Source: Carcharhinus longimanus (taxonomy: Eukaryota). From it: DNA of 64,000 bases. The stretch spans positions 96,169,805 to 96,233,804 of the forward strand of contig JASCQW010000162.1 of assembly GCA_030264375.1 (NCBI GenBank). The letters are read 5' to 3'. A model generated the notes under the pieces. The model made no database searches. It saw nothing but the letters and a program-made list of their open reading frames with translations, and was not told the DNA's origin. Shown here in pieces: positions 37,575 to 51,575 of this stretch. Numbering within the stretch: position 1 is the first letter of the stretch; each line of letters opens with the position of its first letter. The position numbers and the translations under genes are program-made.

Positions 37575-38060
37575 TCCTCTGCCAGAGGAGACTTATGAGA
37601 ATGATCCCAGGAATGAAAAGCTTGACGTATGTGGAGCATTTAGAACCAGAGAACCATAGAACCCTACAGTGCAGAAAGAGGCCCTTTGGCCCATCGAGTC
37701 TGCACCAAACACAATTCCACCCAGGCCCTACCCCCATATCCCTACATGTTATACCCACTAATCCCTCTAACCTACGCATCCCTGGACACTAAGGGGCAAT
37801 TTCTTAGCATGGCCAANNNNNNNNNNNNNNNNNNNNNNNNNNNNNNNNNNNNNNNNNNNNNNNNNNNNNNNNNNNNNNNNNNNNNNNNNAAGTCATTGAA
37901 TGTATTTAAAGACAGAGATAGACAAATTCTTGATTGGTAAGGGGGTCAAAGATTATGGGGAAAGAGTGGGAGAAAGGGGTTGAGAAATATACTACTATAG
38001 TTAAATGGCAGAGCAGACTCGATGGGTTGATTGTCCTAATTTTGCTCCTATATCTTATGA
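37575..38060 (+). mobile_element. CR1 3' end with inserted minus-strand HE1 tail (37655-37816) and a gap
   Basis: QRRLMRMIPGMKSLTY..L and KSLNVFK..IDKFL motifs. Confidence 0.75.
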
Positions 38061-39269
38061 GTGGGTTATATTTTTCATTTATTAAAAATGACTCAACCGA
38101 TAGAAGACACAACATTCCACAGGTGAGATGGCTTTAGTGTTTCCCTGTTCAGTGATCCACACAGTCAATGGACTTCATAGCAATGAATTGCACACTGATT
38201 AATTGCCTGGATTGATTGCCACTCTCTGCCCCCAGCTGTAACTTGAACCTGTGTGAAGGAAATGTCCAAACACATTCAGCAAATGATAGTACAGAACTAC
38301 AAAAATCAATAGTACATTCCAGACTGAAAAGATTCTATTAACAGCTTTCGATGGCATTTCAACTGGATACCAAATTTACTATCATTGACAAATTATAATG
38401 TTTGCCCTGATGACGGAGAAAAGGAAAATTCTTGATTTTTCTTGGATCACAATTATTTTTCATAATCATGTTTTGCAACCCAAAGACAAATGAATAGGCC
38501 TCACATTGCAGTGTTATAGGATATTCTTATGGGTTACTCACATTGGAAACATGCAGTTTACCTCCACAAAATGAAAACCAAGACTCAGAAAGTCAGATCC
38601 TGATCTTGCATGCCTGATTTGCACACAGATTTCCCCCTCTTAAATTGAATTGGAGAGTTCTTTTAGACATCCAGTGCGCCATCCTGCCTGTCATTCATGC
38701 CATGTTCCTGCTTCAGTGAGGTCGGAGAATTTGGCAAACAGCCAAATCTCCATCCACTGCAGCAGGATGAGAAATTTCAACTCCATATGAATCTTTAGAT
38801 GCCAGAACTGCAGAGTTTTCCCAGCATTTTCTGTTCTATTCCACCAAACAATTGAGTCACTAGGAATTCAGTTCCCTCAAGCCAGACATAAGCTGAGTGA
38901 GAGATATTTTGCTGACATATGTTGGTAGTAAATGTGTCTGGGATCCTTGGATAGAATACAGTTCCTGGTGAATGCAATTTGAGTTGAAGCAATTGAAATG
39001 GGAAGTAGGAAATCCTACAAGATGGAGGCCCAGTTGGAAAAACTGCACCTCTTTATATGGCAGGTAATGCAAGAGCTTGTGATTCTTACATTACTTTCCA
39101 CATCTTTGTTGGGGCATATCTTTGTTGGACTCTGTATTTAGAGTGCAATTTATCTATCTTATTTGAAATGCCCTTCACCTGAAAAATGTTTGCATTTTGT
39201 TGATTTTAGTTAATTTGAACTGCAATAAGATTTTGGCCCAGTGTCCATCCTTGAAATTTGAACAAGAAT

Positions 39270-39870
39270 AAAAATGCTAAGTGTAGAGGAACAGGTCTGC
39301 AGATCCCTGAAGGAAGCTTGTCAAGTAGGTAAGGCAGTTAAGAAGAAATACACTATTACATTCCTTTTCTTGGCTGAAACATATTGCCAGAGGTTATGGC
39401 AGGTTATCCAGAGCTGTATGAAATGCTAGGTAGACTGCAGTCAGAATGCTGTGTACTGGTCACTGCATTGCAGGAAGAACGCGATTGCCCTAGAGAGAGT
39501 ACGGAGCTGCTTATTGAAGGTGTTGCCAGGAACAGAAATTGTTAACGGTGAGGAAAGTTTGGATAGGCTGGAAATGTTTTCACTGGAACAGAGGAGATTG
39601 AGGAGAGATTTAATTGAGGAGCCAAGATAATGTAGGTGAGAAGGACCTAATTCCCTTATCTGACAAGTGAATAACTAGTGGGTTTGGATTTAAAGTAAAT
39701 GGCAGAAGGATTAGAGGAGAGTTGAGGAGTATTTTTTCCAGGCAGAGAATGGTAGAGATCTGGAAGTCATTGCCTGAAAGGGTGGTCGCAGCAGAAATCC
39801 TCATCATATTCCTTTCTGACTAGTACAGCCAAAACGTGTCAAATAATCTCCTGTGCCATACAAATTCTAT
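39270..39870 (+). mobile_element. CR1 LINE 3' end (old)
   Basis: LYEMLGRLQSECCV..LFSLEQRRLRRDL relic. Confidence 0.65.
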
Positions 39871-42800
39871 GTAATTTACAATTATCCTTATACTGTCAAG
39901 AACTATTATCACCAGCCAGAATGTGTGCTGTAATCCCGAGAAATGACAGTATGCATCTCTCCCTTGGTAACACACATATGGAGCAATAGTTCAACAGTCT
40001 CACAAAATTGCATCTTTTAGCATGACATCTGTTTCAGGCAGGAAGGACTGTTTGCCGATTTACAGGTCTACATCAGAATTGCATCAGGCCAGCATTGAGC
40101 AGCGAAGAGTGGCAGAGTATGAGTCTCAAATGCCAACTACACATTTTTTCAGGCATGAAATGAATAGCTATATGTTCAACTTTTCCCAATTTTTAATTGA
40201 CAGAAAATAGCACTAATATTTCAGATTGCAAGTCACAACATCCGTTACTGTCAAGCTTCTGTATTCTGTACAGTCATTTGATCAAATATCTTTATTTGCA
40301 TTTAACATACAGTGGGAGGCGGGGGGAAGGGGGGGAGGTGGTGGGGAGGGGGTGAGTTTCAAAGATTAATGACCTTTTCTTGTACCTCTCTTTTCATGTG
40401 TTGTAATTTAAGGTATCTTTCTCCCTGTTCTGATACCACATGGGGATTGAGTGGTGGGACTGACCATGGCATCTGCCAATTATGCCATCCAATCTTGTAA
40501 TTTGGATAAATATTGGCAAACGTACTTAATGGCCAAGAGTCTGCTGGTCTCTCAACCCAGAAGACAGAGGTGTCACTGAAATGAAATTTACTCATTCTGT
40601 TTCTCCAATTTTTATTTCTTGCTTCTTAATTCATTATAAATATTCTGCAGTACAGAATGCAGCTGTTAGTCCAAACTGCCTGAATGTAATTCAATGCTCA
40701 GCATGTATCCCCTTTTTGGTATAGTCCTAAGTCCTTGATTATAGAGCAAACTGTTTGGCAGTCTTTGAACACATCATCATGTTGAAGCAGGGTAATGAGA
40801 ATAAAGCAGTGACTTTGTTACAGTATGTGATGAATAGTTGGAAAGAACAGAACACTGACATTGGGAAGAGTGAAGGATCAATGTTGTTGCTGTTTAGGTG
40901 GTACCAGAACCCACCACATCATTGAAGATTAGTCATACAGACTCAAAACATTAATTTCTCCATAGAAGCTGCCAGACCTGCTGAGTTTTTCTAGCATTTT
41001 TTTGTTTTATTGTACCAGACAATTTAAATGCACTTTGTTAATTTTAGTTTATTTGTTACAGCAAATGTTTTTAAAAGTGCAATCTTGTCCATCAGATTCC
41101 CTTTGGTTGGCTTCATGGGGATTCTTTTATGTTAAAAGTTAACAGTCTCTTCAGGGATCGGAACATTTCTTACATACTGACTATGCTCCCAGTATTCCAT
41201 TTTTGAACAGCCAATCAGAAAAAAACACCAAGCTATTGAAATCAGCTCCTATGGTGTTAATGATAGGGGAGATCTTGTGACAAAATTGGGTAACATCCCT
41301 GGGCCAGAAGTTCTGAGTTTGAGTCCCGCTTAAGGCTACGATCGTAATATGGCCAAACAGATAGTAAATTAGTTTATAAATCCTCCAGTGCTCCTGATGA
41401 CAGGTGTAAGAGTAGGAGAATTTCCTAGACAGCTATACTGCAGAAGTCAAAAGCACACCAGCGGAATACCTTGCCAAGCATAACCATGGACCAATCAAAT
41501 GGAAATCCATGGCTGCCAACACCCTCTTAAGACATGGAACTTGAAGGAGGAGGAGGAGGTATTAATAATAAATAGATTAGTACTGTTAAAATAGTGAATT
41601 GGGGAATTTCATATGAACACATTAATGTCATTTGATTATTGTTTTCTGTGGTGCAATAATATTTTTGCAGCTCGATGAAACATTTTAAAGTTAAAGGCAT
41701 TGCCACAGAAACCAAAAAAGACTGATAAGAGTTTCTGGCTGCTCTCATATTGTATGCATTTTACACTCAGGAGGTGTAACTTTAACATGTGATCATAGAG
41801 CAATCTGGAGCCCCAAAGCAAAGTGTTATTTTAAAATCTCATCTTTCACCCAGTTCTACCCTCAACATGAACAGGTAACCATTTCATTTATTTGACAGCC
41901 CACTTCTGTTCCAAATAAATTTTTGTAATATATGTTTGATTATAGCACATTTAAGCTGCTGGCTTCTGAATTCACCCCATTTACACAGGGAAGTGACACA
42001 ATATTTGAAATTGGTTGTAAATGAAAAACAATTGTGGATGCATAATTCCATGGGAACAGCTACTCCAAGTTATATCACCTTCTGTTCCTGACACTGTAAG
42101 GCAAATAGCTCTTCATCGCTAATGATTATAGCCACTAGTGGAAATAGATCACAGGTAAACACATTTTCCATGGTGTTAATTTATTTCTATAAACTGAAAG
42201 CTCATCCAGGGTCACATATATATTTGATTTATTTTTATTCTGAGAACTATAGCCTTGCTTTTTTACAATTCTACATGAATATTTAATGGTACTTTGCACT
42301 TTATATAATCATTCAAAGTGAAATTGACCATGGAGGAAGTGTTATTTGTGAAAATTAAATATGGAAATAATACAAATCTAAATCTGTTGGGCCCTATTTC
42401 AGAAGTTAGATCTGTGATATGCTCAGTATTTAAGAATATTGACCAACCCACTGTTGATGCTTTAGGCTCACATCGTGCATTGTGAAATACTGTGACCGCA
42501 AAGGTTTGAAAATTAAAATAGGGAACAACATTGATTTTTGTTATAAAAAAGTTTATCAATAATGGAAAAGGAAACCTTGTAGAACAAAGGAATCTGCTGA
42601 AGATGAGGCAATATGAGAACTCATACAGTTACACATTCTGCTGCTACTCAGAATCTATACTGCTGTTTGTATTTACATAATGGGTGAAATGCATTATTCC
42701 TTGACTGCCTTCCCTGACTGTGAAGAGTACCCATCAATGAGACTTTCAAATAGATACTAATTTTCTAGAAATTGCTCTATGGGGGGGTGGAGTGAAAATA

Positions 42801-43209
42801 AAGCTTCACTTTATTTTCCAAGCCCCACTTCAGCGCCAGTTTTACCCATCTTCTGGACATACTGGCAAGAAAACACAGCCTTGTGATTACTGAGCCGTTT
42901 CCACTGATAGAGCCACTGCAGCGGTTCAAATGAAACAGTCTGGCAGCTCAAATATTTTACATTCTAACTGCAGCCTTCCAAATGTCTATATGATGACAAA
43001 CAAATGCAGTTAAATAATATGAACCATCTGTTCAGAAAGCTGCTACAATAGTGTTGAGAGAATCCTTTTGAAAAGTCCACAAATGAACTGCAAATTAAGA
43101 TCTTTGTTGAGTTTCCAGCAAGTTTTAAATGAGCAGTAAGTATAATGGTTGTTACCTATTTTAAGGGGTAGCAGCTATTCAACAAATGAAGATATACTTG
43201 TTTCTTATA

Positions 43210-43430
43210 GTATCTTGGAAGGAATGGCAACCACCAAGTGCAAAAGCAAAAGAACTATTTATTAATGGTATAAAACTATGTACAGAGAGTGAGATTGATG
43301 CTACCGATTAGCTTGACTCCAGCTTCAACACTGCCTGGGAGAGCCGCACTCAGCGCCAAGATACAGACTGGCTGATTAGGTCACATGAGCCTCTGAAACC
43401 TGGCCCCTGAAATGGACACACTACTACATA
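43210..43430 (-). mobile_element. Probable solo LTR
   Basis: Minus strand starts TGTAGTAG and has AATAAA near the distal end; adjacent to Gypsy relics. Confidence 0.35.
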
Positions 43431-43944
43431 TAACACCAATTTTAAAGACACACATTTTAGAGAATGGCCTGCACTAAGCCCTGTACCAAGTTAGTGCCAG
43501 ATTCCTCCATGTTACGTGACATTTTGTACCGGCTTTTTGACAGGCTTTCCACTACAGCAGTTATTTGGTTATCTACACCCATCAACTTTTTCCTGTAGTC
43601 CGACTCCTCAAACTCTTCATCTGATTCTTCCACAACATGCAATCTCGCCCTTCAGTGAGCAAGCATCCGTGCTACCCATTCTCACTACCCTGTGAACTTG
43701 TGCCTGACCACCTTACTACACTCAGATCCCTCCTACATTCTAACTCCCTTTAAAATAAGTGTAGTGTCAGTATCTGAGCTGGTGGCTAAGAATGTAACAT
43801 CGAATGAAAATGCACCAAAGAACATAAGCGTTGAAGTCCTTCTAGGGATGATCAACGATTATGGCCAATTTTGACCCAACTTGACCACCATTTTGGCACC
43901 CTTACCCTGTCTTCTAAAAAAATCAATGTTGGCAATGGGAAGAT

Positions 43945-44560
43945 TTTGATTTGATTTTATTTATTATTGTCACATGTATTAACATACAGTGAAAAGTATT
44001 GTTTCTTGCGCACTATACAGACAAAACATACCGCTCATAGAGAAGGAAACAAGATAGTGCCGAATGCAATGTTACAGTCATAGCTAGGGTGTAGCGAAAG
44101 ATCAACTTAATGCGAGATACGTCCATTCAAAAGTCTCATGGCAGCAGGGAAGAAACTGCTCCTGGGGTCAGTTGGTACGTGACCTCAGACTTTTGTACCT
44201 TCTTCCTGACGGATGAAGGTGGATGAGAGAATGTGTGGGGCACATGGGATCCTTAATTATGGGGCTGCTTTGCCGAGGCAGCTGGAAGCGTAGACAGAGT
44301 AAATGGATGGGAGGCTGGTTTGCATGATGGATTGGGCTACATTCACAACTTTTTGTAGTTCTTTTTGGTCTTGGGCAGAGCAGGAGCCATACCAAGCTGT
44401 GGTTCAACCAGAAAGAATGCTTCCTGTGGTGCATCTGTAAAAGTTGGTGAGAGTCATAGCTGAAATATCAAATTTCCTTAGTCTTCAGAGAAAGTAGATG
44501 GCTTTCTTAACTATAGTGTTGGCATGGGAGGACCAGGACAGGTTGTTGGTGGTCTGGACA
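43945..44560 (-). mobile_element. Rex1/Babar-type LINE 3' end
   Basis: Same family as 8270-8825 (IIKDP..P.HSL.H.LPSGRRYKSLRSRTN). Confidence 0.8.
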
Positions 44561-45314
44561 CCAAAAAGCTTGATTTCCAGAGAAACGCCTTTGACCAAGC
44601 AGAACAGGCTTTATAATCAGCTACCCTGCTTCTTCATTTTAATCCAGACAAGCAGATTGACATTTGATGCATCACCTATCGGCACAGGGGCTGTACTTTC
44701 CCATAAAGATGGAAGATGGCATAGAATGGCCTGTTGCTCTTGCTTCCGGGACTTAGTCGGATGCTGATAAGACATATTCATAGATTGATAAGGAGAGTTT
44801 AGCAGTTATCTTTGCTGTCAAGAAGTGTCATCAGTTTATGTACGACAGCCATTTCACCGTTGTTCCAGATCTTAACTTGTTGCTTGGGCTGTTCTGGAAA
44901 GATGTACCAGTCCTGCCAATTACATCCACCCGAGGTCATAGATGTTAACTGTGTACAGCTATACATTTCAGCATGGGCACATATCTCCAATGCCATTGCT
45001 CGAAGTCAGCTACAGATCCTCAGGTGATATCTTTGCTGCCTGTTCCTTAGGAGATAGTCCTTGCTTTGAATTTCCTGGCTATCCTACCCATTTCATCAGA
45101 TTACATCAAGATATGGACCCATAGGAACCCAGTCCTTTCAAAAGTGAAGAGAATGATTTTGACAGGCTGGCATTTTGACAAATCCAAACAAGTCCGGCCC
45201 TATTTGCAATGTAGAGATGAAATCCATTGCAAAGACAGGATACTTCTGTGGGGGAACCGAGTGATAATATCCTCCTAGGGCGACAACCACTCCTCTGGGA
45301 GTTGCACAGTAACG

Positions 45315-45580
45315 TTTATTTATTAGTCATAAGTAAGGTTTACACCGTAATGAAGTTACCGTGAAATTCCACTAGTTGCCAAAGTCCAGCACCTGTTCGG
45401 GTTATTGCACCTAACCAGCAAGTGCTTCAGAATGTGGGAGGAAGCCGGAGTGCCCAGGAGAAATATACGCATACACAGGGAGAATGTGCAAACTCCACAC
45501 AGACAGTGACCCTGGCCGGGAAACGAACCCGGGTCCTTGACGCTGTGAGGCAGCTACCCACTGTGCCACTATGCTGCCCA
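45315..45580 (-). mobile_element. HE1/V-SINE, variant tail
   Basis: Inserted in the Gypsy integrase region. Confidence 0.85.
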
Positions 45581-45669
45581 CAGTACACATCCTGGGCAAA
45601 TCAAGATGAAGATGTCGGCCAGGAATTGATAAAGAGATAGAGGGTATGCTAGGAGGCATCTACTGATAG

Positions 45670-46950
45670 ATGATACATTGCTGCATTCAATAAACTCAAG
45701 CATTTGCTCTTAGCCCCTCCGGTGCTACACTGCTTTGGTTTTTGTGCACCTATCATGTATCAGTAGACCGTCCCAGCATGGATTGGCACTGTATCCAGAA
45801 TGGCAGACTAGTAGCCTTTACAACCAGGGCTTTTACTGATACTAAAACTCCATTTTGCCCAGATCAAGAAGTTGCTCCTTGCCTTAGTCTTCTCGTGTCA
45901 GAAATTTCTTGACTCCATCTATGGCCATCCTATCAATGTTGAAACACATCATCAGCCTTCATAACTATGTTCATAAAGCTCCTCCATATTGTATCACCAC
46001 ACCTGCAGCGAATGATGCTCAAGGTACAACACTACCAGCCCAGTCAGGAATTATACCTTACTAATGCCCTCTCCAGGACTTATCTACCTACCACTCACCA
46101 GGCAGATTAAGGACATTGACATCATGACTTTTCAAGTATTGTCATCCCATAGAATTGATTAACTCAAAGCTGCCTACAGGAGGACCATATGTGGAGGCAG
46201 CTCCATGACATCATTATGAAAGGCTGGCCAGTGTCATCGAAGGAGCTTCCCCATGAGTTCCGCACCTTCTACATCATGAGAGAGGAGTTAACCGTGTGAG
46301 ACAGATTGATACTGCATGACCAGAGATTCATCATCCTGACCTCTCTACAAGGGTATTACACCCAGCATCTCCACCAAGGGGGAGGTAACAAAATGTAGAG
46401 CAAAGGAAACCGTGTAATGGCACTCAACGTACATGGAGATAGAGAGGGAAATGTCCAGATGTGCAGATGTGCATCATGCAACACACTCAGACTTCATCAA
46501 ACCAAAGAACCACTCCGCCTCCATGAAATCTCAGGCTTTCCATGATCACTCGTGGTGGCGGATATATTCAAATAGAATGGGAAGCAGCAGACCACACTCT
46601 GCACCACTAGCCATGACAAACTGGCAGTAGTCCCCAGCCATGCCCCCCCAAAAACCAAACAACTATGTGATTGCCTCAGATGGTTTTCTCTGCATCAGAA
46701 ACTAGCATCACCTATTACTGGTACCCAAAACAGCACTACCAACTGCCACAGAGTTCAACACACTGAGCCCACTATCTGTGCCTCCTGCACCAGTGGAGAT
46801 GGACACCCCTTCAGATACCAATGCAACAAGTCCTGCAGCCACTGTGCACACGCCAGGAATGCCTGAGGCCATCCATTAAGTGGGCAACAACCCAAGTGAA
46901 GTCCAAGCACAGCTACTGGCACATTTATATCTCTGGGCACCCGAGTACAC
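45670..46950 (+). mobile_element. Second Ty3/Gypsy pol relic (RNase H-integrase)
   Basis: QNGRLVAFTTRAFTDT..FAQIKKLLLALVFSCQKFLDSIYGHPINVET; LQRMMLKVQHY; ELYLTNALSR; GWP..ELPHEFRTFYIMREELTV. Confidence 0.8.
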
Positions 46951-47862
46951 CAAATCCCAAGCTCAAGGACTATGCACAGATTTAGCTTATGTATACAGTT
47001 AGATGTTGGTAATAAACAGATATTGTCCAATCATAAAGACTTCTAGACATCTTTATGAGAAAATTATAATCATCCAACATGTCTCAGCTGAAATTCCTGT
47101 CCCTACACAAGGTCTGCACAAATGCATTTTCCAGCAGAGATTACAAGATAGAAATCAGAAGGGAGAACCTTCCGAAGGGACAATCAGAAGGGGTGGCCTG
47201 GCGGCACAGTAGTTAGTACAGCTGCCTTTCTTTTTAAAAAGGGGTGTGGAAGAGACACAATGGGTTTTGTGCCAGGTGCAACAGCCCAAGTTTCTGCTCT
47301 GTACATTGTAAATAGTTAATGACCTGTTAGCACAATCCAACATTGTCACATGCCTGTAGTACTGTTTGTCCCAACTAATTGGGAAGATGTAGACTGAGTG
47401 GTCATGGGTACATCATGATGACATGCACACAGGAAGTGACATGTCAGTAGTATGGGAGTTCTTCCCCAACTTGGGCAGACACACCGCATGTAAGAGCTGC
47501 TAAAATCTATCAGTAAACAGTTTAACTTGCTAGTCCTTTGTCATTATTTCTATACAACCCAGCAACTTTACGGGTCAGAACTGTTCCAACAATAATTGGA
47601 AAATGTGGGCCAATACCTCATAAACACATACTTTGAACCAAAATTTTGAACTGAACTCTCCTCTTTTACTTCTAATTTAATTCATAACTTTCTCTTGTTC
47701 ACCAGTGGTTCTCTTGTTCACCAGTGGCCTTTAAACCTTACCTGATCTGGGAACTTACATGAATCATTTAACCCCTCTCTGGAGAGCTCACAGACAGATC
47801 ATCTCTTCAAGAGATTATTAATGAGGCCCCCGTTATCTAGCTTTTAACACCTTAAATCATGG

Positions 47863-48062
47863 CTTCATTAACGTGACATGGGTATGCCTTCATCAACATG
47901 ACATGGGTATGCCTTCATCAACATGACATGGGTATGGCTTCATCAACATGACATGGGTATGGCTTCATCAACATGACATGGGTATGGCTTGATCAACATG
48001 ACATGGGTATGCCTTCATCAACATGACATGGGTATGGATTCATCAACATGACATGGGTATGA
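47863..48062. repeat. 25-bp minisatellite TTCATCAACATGACATGGGTATGSC, 8 copies
   Basis: Head-to-tail copies without spacers. Confidence 0.95.
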
Positions 48063-48225
48063 AATCATTGGCTCTACCAGTGGTCAAGTTGAGAAATGGA
48101 ATCTTTCCTAGACTGGTTTGTTTGAACCTGATACACAAGGGTCAATTTTATCCATTCACAACCTGAAGGAAAACATTCCACAGAAAAATTAAACAATACG
48201 ATCTGGAGAGAGGAAAAAAAATTAA

Positions 48226-48516
48226 GTTTATTTATTAGTCAAAAGTAGGCTTCCATTAATACTGCAATGAAGTTACTGTGAAAATCCCCTAGTTGTCACA
48301 CTCTGGCATCTGTTCAGTTACACTGAGGGCTAATTTATCATGGCCAATGCGCCTAACCAGCATGTCTTTTGGACTGTGGGAGAAAACCAGAGCACCTGGA
48401 GGAAACCCATGTAGACACGGGGAGAATGTGCAGACTTCACACAGGCACTGACCAAAGCTGGGAATCGAACATGGGTCCCTGGCACTGTGAAGCAGCAGTA
48501 CTAACTACTGTGCCAC
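48226..48516 (-). mobile_element. HE1/V-SINE, variant tail
   Basis: Its 5' end forms part of the right inverted-repeat arm. Confidence 0.9.
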
Positions 48517-51263
48517 CCCGCCCCTCCTTCTGATTGTCCCTTCAGAAGGTTCTCCCTTCTGATTTCCATCCTGTAATCTCTACTGGAAAATACATTTGTG
48601 CAGACCCTGTATAGGGACAGGAATTTCAGCTGAGACATGTTGGATGATTATGATAGTCTCATGAAGAGATCTTTATGATTGGACAATATTTGTTTATTAC
48701 CAACACCTAACTATATACATGTGTACTAGATACAATCCTGACCAAGTGCTATTTTCATGCCGACTTCTATCAGACTCACTCCTACACTCGACTGCTCCCA
48801 TGTGACTCTCTATATCATAATGTGGGCAGTTCTATTTCTCCAGTCCCACACTAACTTTACAGTCCTCGTACTACAGTATAGCCCCATGGTCATATAGCCT
48901 GTTGATGCTCACTGTCTGGATTTATGAAAAATAGTCCCTTGTGTGATATACTAAAGGGTGCCTGAAGAAAATAATTAACACCATCAGGCAAGGAATTTGA
49001 TGGTGTTACACATTTATCCAGCAAATCACTGAGCCATACAGAGCAGGTAAGTCTCAGGTTCAAAACTTACAATGTGCGGAGCCAAGAATTCTTAATCAGA
49101 GTGGCGCTCCTATCACTGAGTTTCCAGTGAATGAGTGATACCAGCTGCATTTAGGGCATCAAATAAGAACAATATTAGACTCTTGACAGTGCTTCCAGTT
49201 AGTCTGGCATTGACTATGCTCATCAGTGCTCACTTGGAAGAGATACTGCAGGATAGTTGCGTGGATCAACTGTATTCCATTAAGTCCCCACTATTTTCAG
49301 CAGAAGAGACAATTGCCAGCAAGCAAGAGAACACAGAGCAACTGTCAAAACTGACAGATTTTTCTTCTCCTAAAATTGACTAAAACTCAGATGACAGAGT
49401 TTCAAACATCATTGTTCTAAATTACTCATCTCTGTTCAATACACGTAAATCCCCTTTATCTCCTCCAGCTGTACTCTGGCCTCAAATACAAAACACTGAA
49501 CAGTACAACAGATAAAAGTAAAAGGTTCTCACATAATGCTTTACATTTTTCTTGCAATTTAATTGGTGCTTTGCTCAGACACTATGCAATTGTAACTTCC
49601 CTGGGTACGGTTTTAGGGTTATTATTTCTCCGTACATGCAAACAAATACCAAGCAAAGGTTATATATGGAGCAAGATGTAATTGGAAGATTGCAGGATAT
49701 AAACTTAATATCCCATATTTCAGCATGTTGTCTTCCTAAAGAGTAGTCCCACCACAAAATGTAATACCTGGAATGTCGGCATGCATGATCACGGAGTTAG
49801 CATAAATGGGAGAGTATGCACTCTGCAAGAAAAGCAAATATAACTGCTAGTAATTGCTTTTTGTTTCAGCTCTTGTTTAAGTCAGATGCAGTAAGCCTGA
49901 CCTACAGAGTTAGGTGCCATCATAATAATTACAAGCGTCATTATACACTTGGATAACTTTCAAGATATGGATTTTAAAGACATCCATAATTCAATATGGT
50001 GATCTTTGCCTTACTGAACCTGTCTTCACTCTATATTGACATACTGAAAGGAATTATTTTGAATCCTTTTTTATTTGCTCATGGGATGTGAACGTCGCTG
50101 GCAAGGTCAGCATTTATTGCCCAACCCTAATTTGCCCTTGAAAAGGTGGTGTTGGACAGCTATTTTCAACTGCTGTAGTCATTGAGTGTAGGTACACTTA
50201 CATTAGTGTTAAATAGTGAGTTCCAGGATTTTGACATGGATTGTACATTGTGAATATAATGGGCAGGATTTTCCAGCCGCCAAAAATGGAAAATCCCACC
50301 CAAGGTCAACGGACCTTCCCATTGTCTGTGTCCTGCCCACTATGATTCCCGTGGTGGGTAGGCAGAAAATTCCATCCCAAGAGCTTTGAAACTGCATTGA
50401 GACAACTTAGTGGAACATGCTGTATGGAGAAGAGATGGATTTTACTGCACTTCATGTAAAATTAAATTTGAAATGTTTTGGAATGCATTTTTACATACTT
50501 TAAGAATAAAGTATAGTTTTGAAGAAAGAAGTGTGCTGAATAAACTTCCAGAAAGTAACAAAGCCTAGTAACATTACACTAAAAATATGTGGGATGCACC
50601 CTCTCTTCCTGACCCAGTAAAACATTACCTTGTAGTAAAGTTCCAATTGTTTGCACTCACTGATACGTTACTTTCACAACAGCAATTCAGTGACAGCATG
50701 ACACGACTATAAATCTGTGCTACATTGATGATCAGTTATTCTGTAGTCAGACTTTTTTTTTCCCTGGATGGTGTCAAGCTTTATGAGTGCTCTTAGAGTT
50801 ACACTCATCCAAGCAAGTGAAGAGCATTGTGTCACAATTCTGCCTTGTGCCTTGTAGATGATAGAGAAGCTTGGGGGTTATGAAGTGAGTCACTTGCCAT
50901 GGAATTCCCTGCTTCTGCCCTGTTCTCTTATAGCCACATTGTTCAGCTGATCCATTAAATTTCTGGTCAATGGTGACCCCCAGAATATTGATGGTGGATT
51001 GACATCCAACTAATTTCCATTTCCAGTTTCACTTACCTCACGCATCTCGCACCTTCTCAGTGGTGCTCTTGTTCCTCCCCCATCCCCCAACACTGTATTT
51101 CTCTGCTCCCACCCAAAGTTTGTTCCCTTGTCTTCGGCTCCATTTCATTCCCCAGCTATCCGTATATCGCTCAGAGATGGTTCCTCTACTCAACATCAGT
51201 TCTCTGACTTTGGATTCTTCTATCCTGGCATGATATTTTCACACCCCCACCCCACCTCAACAT

Positions 51264-51575
51264 GGGGCAGCACAGTGGTTAGCACTGCTGCCTCACAGCA
51301 CCAGGGATCCAGGTTCAATGGCACAATGGTTAGCACTGCTGCTTCACAGCACTAGGGACCCAGGTTCAATTCCTGACTTGGGTCACTGTTTGTGTGGAGT
51401 TTGCATATTCTCGTGTGTGGATTTTCTCTGGGTGCTCCAGTTTCCTCCCACAGTCTGAAAAACTTGCTGGTTAGGTGTATTGACCCAAACATGTGCTGGA
51501 GTGTGCTAACTAGGGGAATTTCACAGTAACTTCATTGCAATGTTAATGGAAGTCTTACTTGTAATTAATAAATAC
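51264..51575 (+). mobile_element. HE1/V-SINE with tandemly duplicated 5' head
   Basis: gcacagtggttagcactgctgcctcacagcaccagggatccaggttcaat occurs twice in tandem. Confidence 0.9.

Larger units (their letters stand above)
43790..45640 (+). mobile_element. Ty3/Gypsy pol relic (RT connection, RNase H, integrase start), interrupted by a LINE and a SINE
   Basis: LLGMINDYGQF; LTFDASPIGTGAVLSH; YS.IDKESLAVIFAVKKCHQF; IKIWTHRNPVLSKVKRMILTGW; LLWGNRVII; HPG..KMK. Confidence 0.85.
46989..48720. repeat. Long inverted repeat: arms 46989-47227 and 48490-48720
   Basis: e.g. catccaacatgtctcagctgaaattcctgtcccta versus tagggacaggaatttcagctgagacatgttggatg; ~240-bp arms, ~1.26-kb spacer. Confidence 0.95.

Noticed and set aside
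42783-42830. Hairpin GAAAATAAAG-cttca-CTTTATTTTC as a miRNA
   Set aside because: Stem too short for a pre-miRNA; likely chance or a MITE end.
47863-48062. CRISPR-like array of 25-bp repeats
   Set aside because: No spacers, no cas genes, vertebrate DNA; it is a minisatellite.
49044-49052. Strong plus-strand donor CAG|GTAAGT
   Set aside because: No convincing acceptor upstream; the context resembles an old SINE head.
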